From: Candidatus Latescibacterota bacterium
GTDB taxonomy: Bacteria; Latescibacterota; UBA2968; UBA8231
DNA length: 64,000 nt
Assembly: GCA_965197905.1 (NCBI GenBank)
Contig: CBDAOB010000005.1
Coordinates: 2,080,001 to 2,144,000, forward strand
Direction: 5' to 3'
Shown: positions 59,377-64,000 of the stretch, piece by piece
Layout: every line of letters starts with the position of its first letter
Position numbering within the stretch: the stretch's first letter is position 1
Position numbers and translations under genes: made by a program
The notes under the pieces: generated by a model
Seen by the model: the letters and a program-made list of their open reading frames with translations, nothing else
Databases searched by the model: none
Told to the model about the DNA's origin: nothing

Positions 59377-62300
59377 CGCACTAACACCATTCTGCGAATC
59401 AGTTGATCGGCTTCGGCTTGCAGCCGGTAGAGATATACGCCACTTGCAACGCTTCGACCGGAGCGATCCCGACCATCCCACGTTGCCTCGTATCGGCCCG
59501 GCGCGAGAGGACCTTCCCACACAACATCCACGAGCTGTCCCAGAATGTCGAAGATCTCGAGCCTGACCACGCCCCCTTGGAACGCAGAGCCGACAGCGAA
59601 TGATATGGTCGTTTCAGGATTGAACGGATTCGGGTAGTTCTGACGGAGCGTGAAGCGCTCCGGCAGCTCGGTCTCCGGCGCGCTGGCAAACTCGATGGCG
59701 ACGGGTTGATGCCGCTCGTTCAGGGCCACCGCCGCCTTGATGGTTGGATCATGGCGATCGTCCGTTCGCGACCGCAGGCGGAAAACCGCGATGGGCTCTT
59801 CGGATGTCAAAGGGGGAGTGCCCCCACGGGCAACACCGGCCAGATGGAGACCGCCCGCGCTCACGGCGACGGCGGTGAACAAATTCCGCTGCCCCGCCGA
59901 TGCCGAGACCGGTTCCCACTGGTCCGAATCGAACGAAAGCTCCAGCTCCATGGCACGAATACCGGAGAATCCCCCTCCCCACACTTCCCAGTCCACCAGC
60001 TCACCGGCGACGCCGCCCGTTCTCGAGCGTATAAGTTTTACGTTGGCACGATCCGCAGCGTTTCTCTTGTACACCGGCCGTGGTCCGCGGTCGAGGAAGT
60101 TTGCTCCGACCATTGCCAGATCGGAGATATCGACGACCCCGTCGGCGGTGATATCGGCGCGCGCACTGTCGGTGTCAGCGGCGATATCTCGTTTGAATAG
60201 CGCGGCCACGAAATCCCAGTCGCTCAAGGTTATCTCGTTGTCGGGTTTACTGACGCCATCCGTGTCGAAATATCCCGCAACATCCCCGCCTAACATCACA
60301 CTGTCGGTTTCGGCGCCGGTGGTCGACGGCCGCAAGCCATCCAGTTCCTGCGCCGACGCCAGGCGCACATCCGGCACCCAGCCGTCGAGATATCCGTCGA
60401 CGTGAACATTCAGATTGAACCGTCCGGCCGGGACCTGAAGCAATTCGAAGGCGCCATCCGGTTGCACGGCTATCTGAACCCCCTGCTTCTCCACGTCAGT
60501 GTCGTTCAGTGCCCACAAGCTGTCTTCCATGGCCAGATAGTTGCCGGCCGCCTTTAAAGCCACGTCGGCGACGGCGCTTTGATCCGCCCTGCCTTCGAGC
60601 GCCAATCTTCCGCGCAGGACCCCGCGGGAAGAAACCAGCAGGCCCCGGGCGATCTCCCGCTCCAGTGGACTTGCCACCAACGTGCGGTCGTTTTCCAGCA
60701 GCGAAATCCGCCCATTCAGGGGATCGGCATCCAGCTGCAGCGAGGCTAGACCGACCTCATCCCGAGAAACGAGCTGGAAGGTTGCTATGGTCGTTTCGCC
60801 ATCGAGGCCTTCGATCCGCGGTGAGATCGGATCGAAATAGGTGAAATCAAGAAGCAGGGTACCATCCTCGCCAACCGCTGAATCGTTGACGAAGATCCGA
60901 GCTTCGGAGAACTGGGGACCCACCTGAAATGGTTGTATTCCTTCGGCATCGTCGGTATCGAGAGCGTCAAATAGGGAGCCGTCCAGACTGAGCCGGAGCT
61001 GCACCAGATCCACAGCCTGATCCTCCCCATCCACACGGATCTCGAACGACTGAGCCTTTCCGCCGTTGCCCAGCGTGAAAACACTGGGCAACAGTTGGAA
61101 TACGGGCTCCACTGTCATGCCCGTGTCGGCTGCTGCGCTGCTTACACCCACCTTGCCTTGGGCTCGACATGCTAAGGTTGTGCCATCGAAGCGGCCGGTC
61201 TCGGTGATCGCCACGTACGCAAAGTAGCTGGTGTCCGGCTGGATTCCGGCAATGTGGGACACACTCACGTCGAAGAAATCGTCTTCATCATCTTCGCTCA
61301 GATCACTGCCCGCCGTATCGGCTTCTGCGGTGCCATTCGCCGAATTGACCACAAATGCCGATCCCGAAAGAACGGTCGCATAGTCAGCCACCTCGCCATG
61401 ATCCTCCTGGCTCAGCATCACTCGCAGCCGCGCATCGTTATCCACATCCATATCCTCCCACGATACGCGGGCACTTCCACCGGTCGTTATCTCGATATCG
61501 GCGATCGGGTGCAACATCCGCAGACTGGGCGGATGTTGGAATCTCAACCGCGCGCCGGCGTCATTGAGCCGGCCGCCATTCAGTTGAACGAGCAGGCTCG
61601 ATGTGCTGTCCTCGATGATGCCGTAGATGAAGTAGTCGGCGTCAGCACGGGGAGGCTCGCCCGCGGTTGCCGTGCTCCACACATCCCACACGAAGAGGTT
61701 GTCGGTCCGTTGATCAGGGTCTTCCGAAATACCTTGCGCAAGTCGATGAACCGTGCTTCCCAGTCCGGATCGCAGCGCATCCGCACCACCGGGAACAGTA
61801 AGGCTGTCCGCGGCCGCCGCCGTAGTCGTGGCCGGCATCGTCGTGTAGTAGAGGGAAATCTGCGCGTCGTCGTCCACATCCCGATCCCCGTCCCAACCGC
61901 TACGTCCCCACGTGACGGTGACAAACTGTTGCGGATTTGTCCCTCCTGTAGCAATGGTGTCGGCACCGGAGAGAACACGGTCGTTCAAGACATCTAACTG
62001 CAGAAAGGGGGAATGGCGAACGATTACCTTGCCACTGCTGCGACCGACGTTGAAGGCACTGGCATCGGTTGCCACCGCGTATATATAATAGTCACCCGCC
62101 ACGACGATCTCAGGATCGCCAATGTCCCACTCCACCGCGCCTTCTTTCAGTCGAACACCTTGCCCGGAGGCGATGGGATTGGCCCCTGTAAGACCAGAGA
62201 TATTCGCTGGGCCACCCTGCACACCGTCGGCCCCCAAATCCGGATCTTCGCTGTAAAACAGGAACACCCCGGAGGTGTCGTCGTGATCAGTCACCGCAAA

Positions 62301-63381
62301 ATTCAAGCTGCCGATGCTGGTTCCCTCGCCTGTGGGACTGCCAGTTGCGTCGAGCAGGCCACCCGAATCCAAAGTGAGATCGGCTTCGGTAGGTCCCACG
62401 AAATCCACTTCGGGTTCGTGCCGGATGGTAATGCCGCGGCTGCGGCCCACCGGGACGGCACCGGTGACGGATGAAGTGACGTAGAGGTATTGAGTACCGA
62501 CGGGCAGATTGCGCGTGAGCAGTTTCACGGAGCGCCCGTTCCCCTCACGCTCGGTGTAGACCGAGCCGTCGTCCAACTGGGCCTCGACCGCGACGGTGTT
62601 ATCCACCTCGACCAATTCGGCGCTGGTTGAAAAGAAGAAACGATACTCGACGTCGTTGCTATCGTCGCCGTCTCCGAATCCAAGCAGGTTGTTTGCGCTC
62701 TGGGTGCCATTGTCGAAAACCAGATCCGGCAGATCGGTTACAACAACCTCGCTTAGATCGGGATACACCGTGCCCAGGGCGCTGGTGCTGGTGTCCGCTC
62801 CAGGGAAGAAGCTGTCGCCGAACATGGTCAGATTGATGGCGGCGCGTTCGGTGTCTGCGGCGTCAATAGTGGTCAGCAGCGGGCCCGGAACTATATCCGT
62901 TTCCGTCGGATCATCGAAAAGCACCGAACCGTAGTTCAGCTCACCGACCTCGGTGGTTGCTCCAAAGCGAATGGGAAACTGGATAAAAAGCCTGCCCCCG
63001 GCAGCAGCTGGTTGACTGCTCTCGACGACGATCATGGCGGCAATGGTGGACTCACTCACAGAGAATCCGGGGTCCTCGTCGCCACTGGCGTCATACATGA
63101 GGCGAACCTCGTCGGCTAACACGCCGTCATCGTCCGAGTCCCTGACCTCGACATTGGCAGGCATGACGAGCCGGACGGTGGAATCGCTGGGAGCATCCGC
63201 GGTGTCGAACCTTATCGCCACCTGCTGCCAGTACTCCTCCACACCCAGCGCCTATAGGTACCCGACGAAGCTCCTCGGGCACGACTTCCGCACTCTGCGC
63301 CACGATATCGCTGGCACCGCCGAATGCGATACAGACCAGGATCGGTATGACCAGGAACAATCTATAGGCTCTGTCTGTCAT
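59373..63381 (-). pseudogene. giant secreted cohesin/dockerin/FlgD protein with a frameshift near the N-terminus
   Basis: Signal-peptide ORF from 63381 is one base out of frame with the 1289-aa ORF; dockerin ADITADGVVDISDL; NYPNPFNPETT tag. Confidence 0.7.
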
Positions 63382-63687
63382 GCAATCTCACGTTTCGCCG
63401 ACGCAAATTACCCCTTCTTTAGGAAATAAATTCCGTGGCTTCGGTTCCCGCTGCCTCTACACTGGCCCTTATGGAGAGACAAACACCCTCAAGACCAGCG
63501 CGTGGAAATCCGTCCAATTGAACTCCGGACAAACATGGTCCAGAGAATCCGATCCCATATCAGCAAACGGCGTTCCACAAGGGGTCGCCGGCTTTGGTCT
63601 ATCTTTTCCTTCGACTAGCTGCGTTTTGGAGAGGCAAATTTGATTCGAGGCCGGAGGGATTCCAGAAGCCGCACATGGCTGCTCCGC

Positions 63688-64000
63688 TTAAAGGACCACG
63701 TCCACACCGCGATTTCTCAGTGTCGGGATCTGATCCGAACGGGCTTCGTCACTGAGAGGATTTTGGCGGAGGCTGATGATGTCGAGGAGACCGATTCCCG
63801 GGTTCGACAGCAGTGGGGCCAGATCGCCGATCTGGTTGGCATCCAGCAGCAGAGTCTTCAGACTGAAAAGTTCGGCCAATGGCTCGAGATTGACGAGCCG
63901 GTTCGTCGACAGAGAAAGGCTCGCCAGATTTGAGAGCGCCGCCAGGGGGCGGATATCGGCGATGCGGTTTTCGCCCAATGACAGGCTCTCGAGATTCTCG
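63688..64000 (-). CDS. internalin-like leucine-rich repeat protein, C-terminal part
   Basis: L.L..N.I.D..PL..L repeats and an NPLS cap; runs off the right edge. Confidence 0.8.
   Translation of the reverse strand, partial: ENLESLSLGENRIADIRPLAALSNLASLSLSTNRLVNLEPLAELFSLKTLLLDANQIGDLAPLLSNPGIGLLDIISLRQNPLSDEARSDQIPTLRNRGVDVVL

Noticed and set aside
63382..63687. Intergenic region with short ORFs
   Set aside because: No recognisable coding or RNA signal.

Overview
GC-rich bacterial window. An FCB-group, Latescibacterota-like lineage is inferred from four FlgD/T9SS-like C-terminal tags, cohesin/dockerin proteins and a DUF6785-type membrane protein. It has three parts. (1) 1-18.3 kb is housekeeping backbone: M32 carboxypeptidase, two TIM-barrel isomerases, yigZ, a PhyH-family dioxygenase, dnaB, family-4 UDG, coaBC, an archaeal-type cytidylate kinase in the usual gmk position, yicC, an Omp85/BamB-like envelope cluster, a SprT/DUF2786 protein, and a DapF homologue with both catalytic Cys replaced by Ser. 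(2) 18.5-47.3 kb is an accessory region. It opens with an integrase remnant, an L-domain LRR protein and a decayed CRTAC1-like gene. A paralog-rich, PUL-like catabolic locus follows: five M19 dipeptidase-like proteins with a remodelled metal site, three GHL6/GH42-like hydrolases, two ~1000-aa putative outer-membrane proteins, a secreted double-FlgD protein, a DUF6785/6784 transporter, a D-cysteine desulfhydrase-family lyase and a GntR regulator with candidate TTGTCGACAA operators. This locus also contains a ~1.57 kb inverted duplication and a long intergenic hairpin whose loop mimics the 16S anti-Shine-Dalgarno end. (3) 47.7-64 kb holds a nucleosidase-like/SPL-like radical SAM/SDR trio and three giant secreted cohesin/dockerin/FlgD proteins, two of them disrupted. 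No rRNA, tRNA, CRISPR array or intact mobile element was seen. All family calls come from motif recognition by eye, not from database searches.
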